Virus record (IMG/VR): IMGVR_UViG_3300046819_000361
Source of the DNA: a virus
Lineage: Duplodnaviria; Caudoviricetes
Reading direction: 5' to 3' (one strand)
Length of the DNA stretch: 64,000 bases
The notes under the pieces were generated by a model. It ran no database searches and was not told the DNA's origin. It was given only the letters and a program-made list of their open reading frames with translations. The translations under genes and the position numbers were made by a program. Below, one piece after another: positions 38,501-45,835 of this stretch (the stretch's first letter is position 1; every line of letters starts with the position of its first letter).

Positions 38501-39583
38501 TTTTTGAGAATCATAAGTAAAATTATACCAAATACCAGATGTAGCAGCTGCTACATTATCACTGATATATTTTAAAACTTGCTCTTGGATAAATTGAATA
38601 TTTGCGAAAACTAAAGCTCTAGCAGAAAAAAATCCTTGATTTTGTGGGGCAGTATTGATAGACATACCAACCTCAATGAGCCCAGCGCCTTCTGATAATA
38701 CAACATCAATTATATCTGTTGGTATTCCATCTAGGCCAAACGTAGTTGTACCAACTGCCACTGGGATTTGAACTGTTTGATTTGGCACAAACATTGCTCC
38801 ATCATATAACCACGGCCCTGATTGATTTGTACAATTTTGAATATAGGGTGATTTATAGACAGTTATCTTACCAGTTTTTAATGTTGCATTAGCAGTCGCA
38901 GTTGCATTACTAGATATTTTGATTGTATTATTAGCTGAATCGATTGAAACAACAGTTGCTCCAGGGGGGATCAAAGTTGAAAATGATTCTGTACCGAAAA
39001 TTTCCATACCGACAACAATATTATCAATCGGTGAAACGTTAGTAATCGATTGACTACCTACCGTAGTAGAACCAGTAAAAGCAAACCCATAATTTATAGG
39101 AAATGCTACTGCATACGCCCCTCTATCTAACATTGGATCTACAATTCCACTTCGCCCATTAATAATTTGTAATTGGGAAATGTAGCAAGAACTGTTAACA
39201 TGGAAAACGTCTTGTGTTTTGTTAATTGGTTCAATTGTTGTTGTTCTTAAATCACTACCCATGATAGAAGTGTATGGTTTGACAACAATTGGGTTATTCT
39301 CAAAATAATGTCCAGGAGCTACTTTAATCGCTGTCCCAGAGGTATACTTGGGGGATTTTACTGCACCACTGATTGTTCTGCATGCTTTTGTTGGATCAGC
39401 AGCAGTCCCATCATTAGTGTCAGATCCATCCATAGTTACATATAAAATATTAGATACAACCGGTGCTGTTCCATATGCGGCCCCTTTTACAAGAAAGTCA
39501 CCATCGATGACTGCACGTGCGCCATTTTCAGAATCCACCTGTATTACGTAATCACCTTGGTCGATTTTTAATACTCTTGACAT
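35507..39583 (-). CDS. large putative virion protein (beta-helix-like scaffold with three C-x-R-D helical repeats)
   Basis: LYVTMDGSD...IKVAPGHYFENNP; DAFTQVNQGG.G; KCSRD, KCKRD, KCRRD. Confidence 0.65.
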   Translation of the reverse strand: MSRVLKIDQGDYVIQVDSENGARAVIDGDFLVKGAAYGTAPVVSNILYVTMDGSDTNDGTAADPTKACRTISGAVKSPKYTSGTAIKVAPGHYFENNPIVVKPYTSIMGSDLRTTTIEPINKTQDVFHVNSSCYISQLQIINGRSGIVDPMLDRGAYAVAFPINYGFAFTGSTTVGSQSITNVSPIDNIVVGMEIFGTESFSTLIPPGATVVSIDSANNTIKISSNATATANATLKTGKITVYKSPYIQNCTNQSGPWLYDGAMFVPNQTVQIPVAVGTTTFGLDGIPTDIIDVVLSEGAGLIEVGMSINTAPQNQGFFSARALVFANIQFIQEQVLKYISDNVAAATSGIWYNFTYDSQKCSRDIRIIIEHVMYDTTFGGNSKSIQCGKAYWDNAISKISGEIDQTIDVLGFIKTLVESIIENSVIPDLYAGTTVDAGLFIPGKTYTIVSIGSTNFIDIGAESNTVGMTFVATGIGSGNGTAKFGISQVINASLTDGAIAIQPFNNNIQIIENILTFGTDEYIDREYKSTGPEFGLTSAELLIINNRTYLQNRIDGYITTNYPTFVYDRMKCKRDLGYIIDALAHDTLLGGNSRTIEVATAYYNANHLVLTQQELLIWLDAFTQLNTVIQNVIRNISMSYDQTINLDWMYGEIASVSIEKNVNIIKDIVENGTNLIGTNPSDTTKKYRKHTGTALFSATGISADDIQKATKILNYIYTDVNRVRLYLDNKTVGVGNNSTLYFGWPSVYPAVESTIPSRWSNRKCDPWGSMGGMLIDGDVVTTNSPIRSFVADAFTQVNQGGRGIRVTNRGYVQLVSVFTIFSSIAVQTDNGGIASITNSNANFGKYCMISKGYGPREFSGTVYNPTNYTFNSVTNEFDYNEYYPSGFFPNKQQICVFLPDIAYRPHISLMMEILPPSEYINAQGKPGFLTATITLSTITKGELSISGVNPINMFIGQRVYIYDQYGNNYDSETGELYILDGTVISDMDPETIYLSKPVNMSGGDLNNPNYFTLFTCGNAYYTILSSTPATNPTFRSDGSIISLGDSILPEKQITTLPQPEISSLVALTNIVKQIVQNEVVVSSQNIVEQVIDQKLASTYDKLAMAAIIDELMTNIITILGNPNIVKAGILAGNTDAEIVAAAGIDIELSTTGVVNNNHGDAAKLILSNLDFCVEEITAYIEEQIRTAESGAWFQLEYNSNKCRRDVKLICVNLAYDLTSGGNYNSVYSGLSYFSKPGTYHIVEIEDNVRNSALFPDGALVNFYQRSYMSASGYLFEYIGSGTNYGALPQVGRSDPIQENEVNMLNGGKVFFTSTDQNGDFRIGPDLVISQATGVLSGRTFQKSLFAEMTPFILAIEG

Positions 39584-39636
39584 TTATACTCCTTAAGTGG
39601 AGGGATATAAAATCCCTCCATTGTTTTCATTTTTAT

Positions 39637-40665
39637 TTAAGCGTTATCGATTTTTACGTTAATACCAGCAGCAAGGTATGGTTGAACTGCATACACTTTA
39701 GTACCAGATGTTGAGTTCATGGTCCAAGCTACGTTTTGTCCGTTAGGATATGTAGTTGGATCGGCAAATTCACCATCTGTATTGGACGCTTTACGTTTAA
39801 TTAATGCTTTATGTGCAGTTAGTTTAAGAACCCAATATTCTTTACCAGCTGCATCGAATGCAGTAATATCCATTTCATTAAATGTATTGTCGCCATCAGT
39901 ATCAGCTGCAGCACCGCCAGTTTTTGCAACTAAAATTGCAGATCGGACAGTCCATGGTTCACCAGAGACAAGTGTCGCTGTTCTAACAGCATATCTACGG
40001 CTAGATTCTTGTTTTACAATATCAACTTTTTGACGAGATCCACCACCATTGCCTATCCAAGCATATGCAGTAATCGCATTTTCTTGATTAGTTGATGAGC
40101 TAACTGCACCTGTATCAGCAGCCAAGTTAACAGATGTAGCAGTTACTGATTGTGTAAAGGTAACTGTTGCTGATGAATATCCTGAACCAGGTTCTGTAAT
40201 CAAAACCTCTTTAGCATTGTAATTTACTGTAAAAGTAGCACCAGTTGCTGCTGGGTTAGTTACTGTAATATTAGTTACAGTTTGTGCACCAGATGGAAGT
40301 GCTCCTGCTGCATAAGGATATGATCCACGTTCGTTTATAGTTGCACCTGTAATTGCGCCATCAACCGCAGTAATTGTAAATAATGTACCATTACCAATCG
40401 TAACAACATCACCTGATGTATAATCACTCATTGTTCCACCGAATGCAGTAATAATATTAACTTGTGATGTTACTGTACCCACAGCTTTCACACCGTTTGG
40501 TAATTGTGGGTCTGAAAATGTGGTAGTAGGACGAGCGGTATATGAGCCCAATGCATTTAATGTAACACTAGCAATACTTGAACCACCTATACCATTATCT
40601 GTAGTTACACTAATTGAACCGATATTACGGTTACCAAAGAATTTTTTATTTAAAGGTCTTCCCAT
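39637..40665 (-). CDS. putative structural protein (T/G/A/S-rich, beta-rich)
   Basis: MGRPLNKKFFG start; own late promoter and strong RBS; downstream of the capsid gene. Confidence 0.6.
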   Translation of the reverse strand: MGRPLNKKFFGNRNIGSISVTTDNGIGGSSIASVTLNALGSYTARPTTTFSDPQLPNGVKAVGTVTSQVNIITAFGGTMSDYTSGDVVTIGNGTLFTITAVDGAITGATINERGSYPYAAGALPSGAQTVTNITVTNPAATGATFTVNYNAKEVLITEPGSGYSSATVTFTQSVTATSVNLAADTGAVSSSTNQENAITAYAWIGNGGGSRQKVDIVKQESSRRYAVRTATLVSGEPWTVRSAILVAKTGGAAADTDGDNTFNEMDITAFDAAGKEYWVLKLTAHKALIKRKASNTDGEFADPTTYPNGQNVAWTMNSTSGTKVYAVQPYLAAGINVKIDNA

Positions 40666-40761
40666 TTGTTTTGTCTCCTTGACGTTCTAGGTCATACGCT
40701 GAGGGATTTCAGCATAAATCAGTCTATTAGTCTGATATAATTATGACTGTAAGTATTTATC
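40666..40761 (-). promoter_or_regulatory. late promoter plus structured 5' leader (three-way junction)
   Basis: GATAAATA 40761-40754; stems GTCATA/TATGAC, ATCAG/CTGAT, GCTGA/TCAGC; AAGGAG RBS. Confidence 0.6.
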
Positions 40762-40782
40762 CTTAATAGCCAAGATATAAAA

Positions 40783-41580
40783 TTACCCAGGTTTATGTTT
40801 ACATTTATCACCATGCCATCGTTTATGCATTCCAATACTGAAAGTTCGTCCACAGTGATCACACATCTCAGTTTTTTGTGATGGGTGTTTTCCTTCCGAT
40901 AATAATTTTAAATTGAGCGAAGGACCTAAAAAATTATGAGTGCCATCACTAATTCTGTTATTATTAGTATTAGGACCTAAAAAATTATGAGTACCAGATT
41001 CAATTAATTTTTTATTTAATTTACCGTTAGAGTTAGGGCTATTACCATTTTGCCAATGATGCAACCCATCTTTACTCCGCTTTTTTGATGGATTGTTGGT
41101 TTGAAAAATATTTCTACCACGACTCGATGCTAATTTAGAATTCCTGCCATCGAGATTTGGATTATTTTTTATAAATCGAGTTTTTGCATCTGGATTTTTA
41201 TTCATCCAATGGGCATCGCCTGCCAGTTTTTCTTTGGCTTTTATCGAGTCAGATGTCCAATGATTTACACCACTTATTTTATTTACAATGTCTGGATTGT
41301 GCATTGGATTATTTGTTGAATCAAATCCAACAGGGTCAATTGTCATATTCATACAATTATCATTATTGTAATGAACTTTTAAATAGCTAGCCTCTAGTAT
41401 TTTTAAATGTTCAATTGAATCAGTATATTCTAGAATTTCTCTAGTAAGTTCTGATTTATCTTTTATAGATCGTGGCCATTTACCAGACCCAAAATATCCA
41501 TCATCAATATTTTCAGTACTATGTCTACCAATATAGTACTTACCATTTATATGTGTAGTTTTATAAATAAAATGTTTCAT
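40783..41580 (-). CDS. free-standing GIY-YIG homing endonuclease (Seg-like)
   Basis: FIYKTT...GKYYIGRH...Y.GSG, REIL, E, N catalytic pattern; HNFLG repeats; CxxC...H..CK tail. Confidence 0.85.
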   Translation of the reverse strand: MKHFIYKTTHINGKYYIGRHSTENIDDGYFGSGKWPRSIKDKSELTREILEYTDSIEHLKILEASYLKVHYNNDNCMNMTIDPVGFDSTNNPMHNPDIVNKISGVNHWTSDSIKAKEKLAGDAHWMNKNPDAKTRFIKNNPNLDGRNSKLASSRGRNIFQTNNPSKKRSKDGLHHWQNGNSPNSNGKLNKKLIESGTHNFLGPNTNNNRISDGTHNFLGPSLNLKLLSEGKHPSQKTEMCDHCGRTFSIGMHKRWHGDKCKHKPG

Positions 41581-41619
41581 GATATTATTTATATTATCCG
41601 CTGCATTACATACAAATTA

Positions 41620-41657
41620 GACAATAAAAAACCACCCGAAGGTGGTTTTTTATTGTC
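41620..41657 (-). terminator. intrinsic terminator after the major capsid gene
   Basis: 17-bp stem with a TTCG loop and T-tract on the minus strand. Confidence 0.9.
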
Positions 41658-41674
41658 GCAAAAATTTAGCTATA

Positions 41675-42841
41675 TTAGCTAAATTTTACATTAGCATTGT
41701 TAATACCAACCAATCCCAAGTAATCGGCAGCATTCCCAAGCGAGCTTGCAGTGTTGTTAAGTTCAACATAACCGTAACGAGTCATAAAGCTTACAACTGG
41801 TTCGAATGTTGATGGATCTAAAACAACGCCAGAACTCATCAATGGGATATATGGGCAGTAGAATGCTGGTGCATCTGATTCTGAACCACCTTTGTAACCA
41901 ATTAAAATTGGTTTATCATCTGTTGCATATGTGTTAACATATACTTTTAATGAGTTGTTTAAAGTACCAACAAATTTTGTATTAGTTGGGGCTTCAAAAG
42001 TACCTTCTGTTGTGCGAGCAAACGCAGAAGTTGTAGCTGATTGCAAAATAGTTAATGCAAATGGGCTAACAACAGCATAGTTACCTGCACCACGGCGAGT
42101 ACGTTGAGCGATCAAGTTAGCAACACGATTGATTTGGATAGCCAAAGCAGCATGTTCGTCACCAACGAAAGTAGCAGTACCAGAAACATTAGCTTGGTCA
42201 TAAGTTTGAACTTCTGTACCAGCCAAGCTGATCAAAGAACCAATAATTTCTTGGTCGATTTCAGCAGTGATTTCTTGTGCTAAAGCAGCCATAATTTCAG
42301 CTTCTACGTCGATACCTTGTTGAGCTTGTGCATCTTGTGCTGATTCAAATGTCCAACGAGCACTCAATTTACGAGTTTTCGCTTCAACAGTTTGTTTCAA
42401 GATTTGGATGCTCATTCTTTTACCTGCTTGACCTTCCAATGTTGCAGTGTTGGTTGCACCAGCTGGTACAGCATCATTACCTGAGTAAGATTCTGCAATT
42501 TTGAATGGGCTCAATGCTTCTTCACCTGCAGTTACTTGACTTGAGTTGTCAGCGTAACGAACACGTAAAGTATGGATTTGACCAACAGGACCGGTCATTG
42601 GTTGTACACCCACCAATTCGTTAGCAATAACGGTTGGCATTACACGACGGATAACTGGTAAAATTACACGGTTTAAAGTAGCGATGTTGCCTGATGATGT
42701 GCCACCAGCAGTTGCACTTTCTGTTAAATATTTACGAGTGTTTTCTAAAGTAACACCCATTACTGATTTTTTTGTGCCTTGTAGACCTTCTAATAGGGCT
42801 TCTTTAGTTTCCGCCCAACGGCCATTAAGTAGTTCTGACAT
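41675..42841 (-). CDS. gp23: major capsid protein (gp23-like)
   Basis: RRVMP...ELVGVQPMTGPVG.I..LR, VEAKTRKL.A.WT.E..QD, IGYKG..E.DA..FYCPYIPL, FMTRYG. Confidence 0.97.
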   Translation of the reverse strand: MSELLNGRWAETKEALLEGLQGTKKSVMGVTLENTRKYLTESATAGGTSSGNIATLNRVILPVIRRVMPTVIANELVGVQPMTGPVGQIHTLRVRYADNSSQVTAGEEALSPFKIAESYSGNDAVPAGATNTATLEGQAGKRMSIQILKQTVEAKTRKLSARWTFESAQDAQAQQGIDVEAEIMAALAQEITAEIDQEIIGSLISLAGTEVQTYDQANVSGTATFVGDEHAALAIQINRVANLIAQRTRRGAGNYAVVSPFALTILQSATTSAFARTTEGTFEAPTNTKFVGTLNNSLKVYVNTYATDDKPILIGYKGGSESDAPAFYCPYIPLMSSGVVLDPSTFEPVVSFMTRYGYVELNNTASSLGNAADYLGLVGINNANVKFS

Positions 42842-42858
42842 TTAATTTCTCCTTAAAT

Positions 42859-43944
42859 TTAAAGCCCAGCGAGTCTACGCATATCAATGATGTTAGAGTC
42901 GTCGCTGCTACGATTAGTTTTGGAAAGTTTATTTCCAGTAATTTCTTTAGCTTCTACTAGTGCCTGTCTCTTTTGAGGAGCCTTTCCTGCAACTACTGCC
43001 GGTAGATACTTTTCGAAACTTTCGTTTAATTTTGAGGTTTTCACACTCTCCATTAACTCGCCCATAATTGAACGTTGTTCACTATTTAGTGGTGCCAACA
43101 ATTCACTCATGATGTCCTTACGAACTTGCGCTTCTTTCAACGCACGGATTTCTAGTTGTTTGCTTTCTAAAATCTTCTCTGCATTAACAACAGCTTTAGC
43201 TGCTTCCTGCATTGCGTGATCTTTCATGTCTATGACTTTGAGCAATTTGCTAGTTTCCGATTTTTCATTTAAATAACTCGTTTGATATTCAGCAGCAAAT
43301 GCTTCGAATAACTTACGACCGAACTCAGAACGACGAGCAGCTTCAATATCTTCTTTCAATGATGTAATTTCAGAACGAAGTCCTTGATTAACAACATTTT
43401 CAACAAGTTTCGCAGCACGTTGTACGAATTGTTCTTTTACTTTTTTGATTTCTTGGCGACCTTCACGCAGTAATTTAACTTTTGTTTCGGTCAATTCTTG
43501 TTTGTCTTTATAAAACTCTGTAATTTCTTGAGCTAGAGCCTCAACTACGAAGTTTTCCAAGGTGCCAAATTTATTTACCATTTGCATTTGATCTTCATGC
43601 AATTCTTTGATTTCAGAAGCTAGTTGACGTGTTACAAATGTTTTCATAACATGTGCGCTTTCAGAAATCTTTTTAGCATATTTAACTTTCATTTCTGCTA
43701 ATTGCTGGCGATCTTCTGCAAACTCGCCAATTTCACTAGCTAATTGATCAGAAATCATACGATCTACTGCTTCAATCATAGTGCTTTTGTCGTGTTCATA
43801 TTTTTGTGCAAACTCTTCGCGTAATTGTTGACTTACTTGTTCACGATTTTCTAAAATCTTACGTTCCCAAGCGGTTTCAATTGACTCTTTGATCTCTCCA
43901 GAAATCACATTGTTTTCAAATAACTTGTTTAATGCATCCAACAT
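42859..43944 (-). CDS. gp22: prohead scaffolding protein (gp22-like)
   Basis: Coiled coil, E/K-rich; between protease and capsid; GRKLFEAF. Confidence 0.8.
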   Translation of the reverse strand: MLDALNKLFENNVISGEIKESIETAWERKILENREQVSQQLREEFAQKYEHDKSTMIEAVDRMISDQLASEIGEFAEDRQQLAEMKVKYAKKISESAHVMKTFVTRQLASEIKELHEDQMQMVNKFGTLENFVVEALAQEITEFYKDKQELTETKVKLLREGRQEIKKVKEQFVQRAAKLVENVVNQGLRSEITSLKEDIEAARRSEFGRKLFEAFAAEYQTSYLNEKSETSKLLKVIDMKDHAMQEAAKAVVNAEKILESKQLEIRALKEAQVRKDIMSELLAPLNSEQRSIMGELMESVKTSKLNESFEKYLPAVVAGKAPQKRQALVEAKEITGNKLSKTNRSSDDSNIIDMRRLAGL

Positions 43945-43956
43945 GTGATTCTCCTA

Positions 43957-44583
43957 TTATTGGAGATTACTTATTATGCCTAATAAGCTCTCTTTGAGAT
44001 ATTTTTGCGCCTGTGGATCACCCTTCACTTCTTGTGCTATACGAAAAGCGTTATAACCACCTCGTGTATTCATTAGGTGTTCATAAATTGGTGTAGGATA
44101 TGCTCCAGGTGCACTGGGTTGAGCTACCATATCTACTGTGATAATCTCAAAATCTGATACTTCGTTTGATCCGTCATTACTAACGTTTCCAGAACCTCTT
44201 GATGAAACACCTAATTTAACGCCGCTTTCCAACATTGTTTTAATTAACTGTCCCATAGGGGTTGGCAAGATTTTAAGCTTGCCATATCCATTAGGACCTT
44301 CCATCCACATATTAGTTATCATGTGGCTTACTCGATCTAAATTTATTTTTAAATCATCGGGATGATCTACTTCTCCGAGGACTGAATAACCGTTCTGAAT
44401 CTGATCGTTGAGGGTTTTAACAGCCTTGCTAATCTCACTCACAGGATAAACCCGCTGGTTTGCATTTCGGATTCCACCTTGAATGCAAATACCAGACATG
44501 TACAAGTTTTTCCCTTCTCTGTCATCAGATTCAACGATCATTTGTGCTTCGTTGAAGCTGAGGTTTTCTCGGAGATATAACAT
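43957..44583 (-). CDS. gp21: prohead protease (gp21-like)
   Basis: N.N.RVYP, GEVDHP, VSH, GVSSRGSG, D+VAQPSAP.A. Confidence 0.95.
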   Translation of the reverse strand: MLYLRENLSFNEAQMIVESDDREGKNLYMSGICIQGGIRNANQRVYPVSEISKAVKTLNDQIQNGYSVLGEVDHPDDLKINLDRVSHMITNMWMEGPNGYGKLKILPTPMGQLIKTMLESGVKLGVSSRGSGNVSNDGSNEVSDFEIITVDMVAQPSAPGAYPTPIYEHLMNTRGGYNAFRIAQEVKGDPQAQKYLKESLLGIISNLQ

Positions 44584-44586
44584 AGA

Positions 44587-45490
44587 TTATTTCCCGCTCA
44601 CAGGTCCGTAAGCTTTAACGCCGCCTGATTGACCTTTGCGTTCCGCACCATGTCCTTTACTAACAGGTTTCAATTTTGGTGCTTTTGAATTACCTGGGAC
44701 GTTTTGGTTACCACCATCCATTTTTTGTGTAGATGGTTTTAACAACCCACCTTGTGTTCCACCAGTTGTTGATGTACCACCACGTGCGATGTTAGCTGTT
44801 GTGCCACCCATATCATTTTTACCTGCTAATGGGCTACGTGTTTGAACACCGTTATCACCGTGTTTAGGTAATGCAACTTTGTTCACATATTCCATAAATG
44901 CTTCGAATTCATTTTGTTCTTCTGGTTGATTTTCAAAAGAGTGAGTCACATGTACTTCTTTAACGCCACTGTCGCCAGCGCCTAAATCTGCACCGAATTC
45001 ATCTTCTTCACCACCGAATTCATCTTCTTCACCACCGAATTCGTCACCTTCTTCATCACCGCCAAACATATCAGCGTGTTCTGGTTCGCTTTCTTCGCCA
45101 GCCATTAATTGGTCCAATTCTGATCTCAATTCGTCAATTGCATCTTCAAGGTCAAGAATTCTGTCTTCGTAGTCACCTTCTTCTGAATCATCACCTTCTT
45201 CATCATCACCAAAATCTGGTGCATCATCTTCTTCATCATCTTCTGAATCATCACCTTCTTCGTCATCACCGAAATCTGGTGCATCATCTTCTTCATCATC
45301 GAAATCTGGTGTGTCAGTTTCTTCTTCCTCTTCTTCCTCTTCAGGACCACCGAAATCAGATTCTAATAATTCTTCATAAATTTCACGTGATTTTCCAACA
45401 ACAATGTTGTGGAAAATTTCTTTTGCTGCTTCTTGATCTTCATTGATCAAAGCTTCGAGCATAGCTTCAAATTGTGCGCGATCTGTCATG
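44587..45490 (-). CDS. highly acidic prohead core protein (gp67/68 position)
   Basis: D/E/G-rich with internal repeats; between portal and protease; GGAG RBS before MTDRAQ. Confidence 0.65.
45181..45300. repeat. two tandem 60-bp coding repeats
   Basis: 45181-45240 and 45241-45300 differ at 2 positions (DDEEDDAPDFGDDEEGDDSE). Confidence 0.9.
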
Positions 45491-45587
45491 TATAATTCTC
45501 CTGTGATAATTACAAGCAAGGCTGTATCTTATTTACTTTATTTAGTAAAAATAGTGGTATAATAGTCAAAAAACGTTATATTTCGCG

Positions 45588-45827
45588 TTATACGGGTGGT
45601 GCTGCCGGGGTTGAATACATCGAATGTATAAATCCTAGTTCACTCTCTTGTTCTAAAATATGAGCTTCGCTACTTTTACGAAGCTCATTTAATTGTCGAA
45701 GTGTCAACCGAGTTTTGCGTGTATCACCACGCAAAAATGTTCCACCATCACGCTCTGGTTCATAACGTAATTCACTAGCCATTTGTCTAGTATCAGGGTC
45801 TATGTAAAATAATTCTCTTAAAATCAT
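45588..45827 (-). CDS. small hypothetical head-cluster protein
   Basis: 79 aa; DTRKTRLTLRQLN.LR; TATAAATA at 45840-45833. Confidence 0.7.
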   Translation of the reverse strand: MILRELFYIDPDTRQMASELRYEPERDGGTFLRGDTRKTRLTLRQLNELRKSSEAHILEQESELGFIHSMYSTPAAPPV

Positions 45828-45835
45828 AATAGTAT

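Noticed and set aside
25690-39583. Diversity-generating retroelement or invertase-based fibre switching
   Set aside because: No reverse transcriptase or recombinase gene and no template/variable repeat pair seen
32723-39583. Assigning a cyanobacterial host from the phycobiliprotein-like motif
   Set aside because: No photosynthesis or bilin-synthesis genes in the window; motif similarity alone is insufficient
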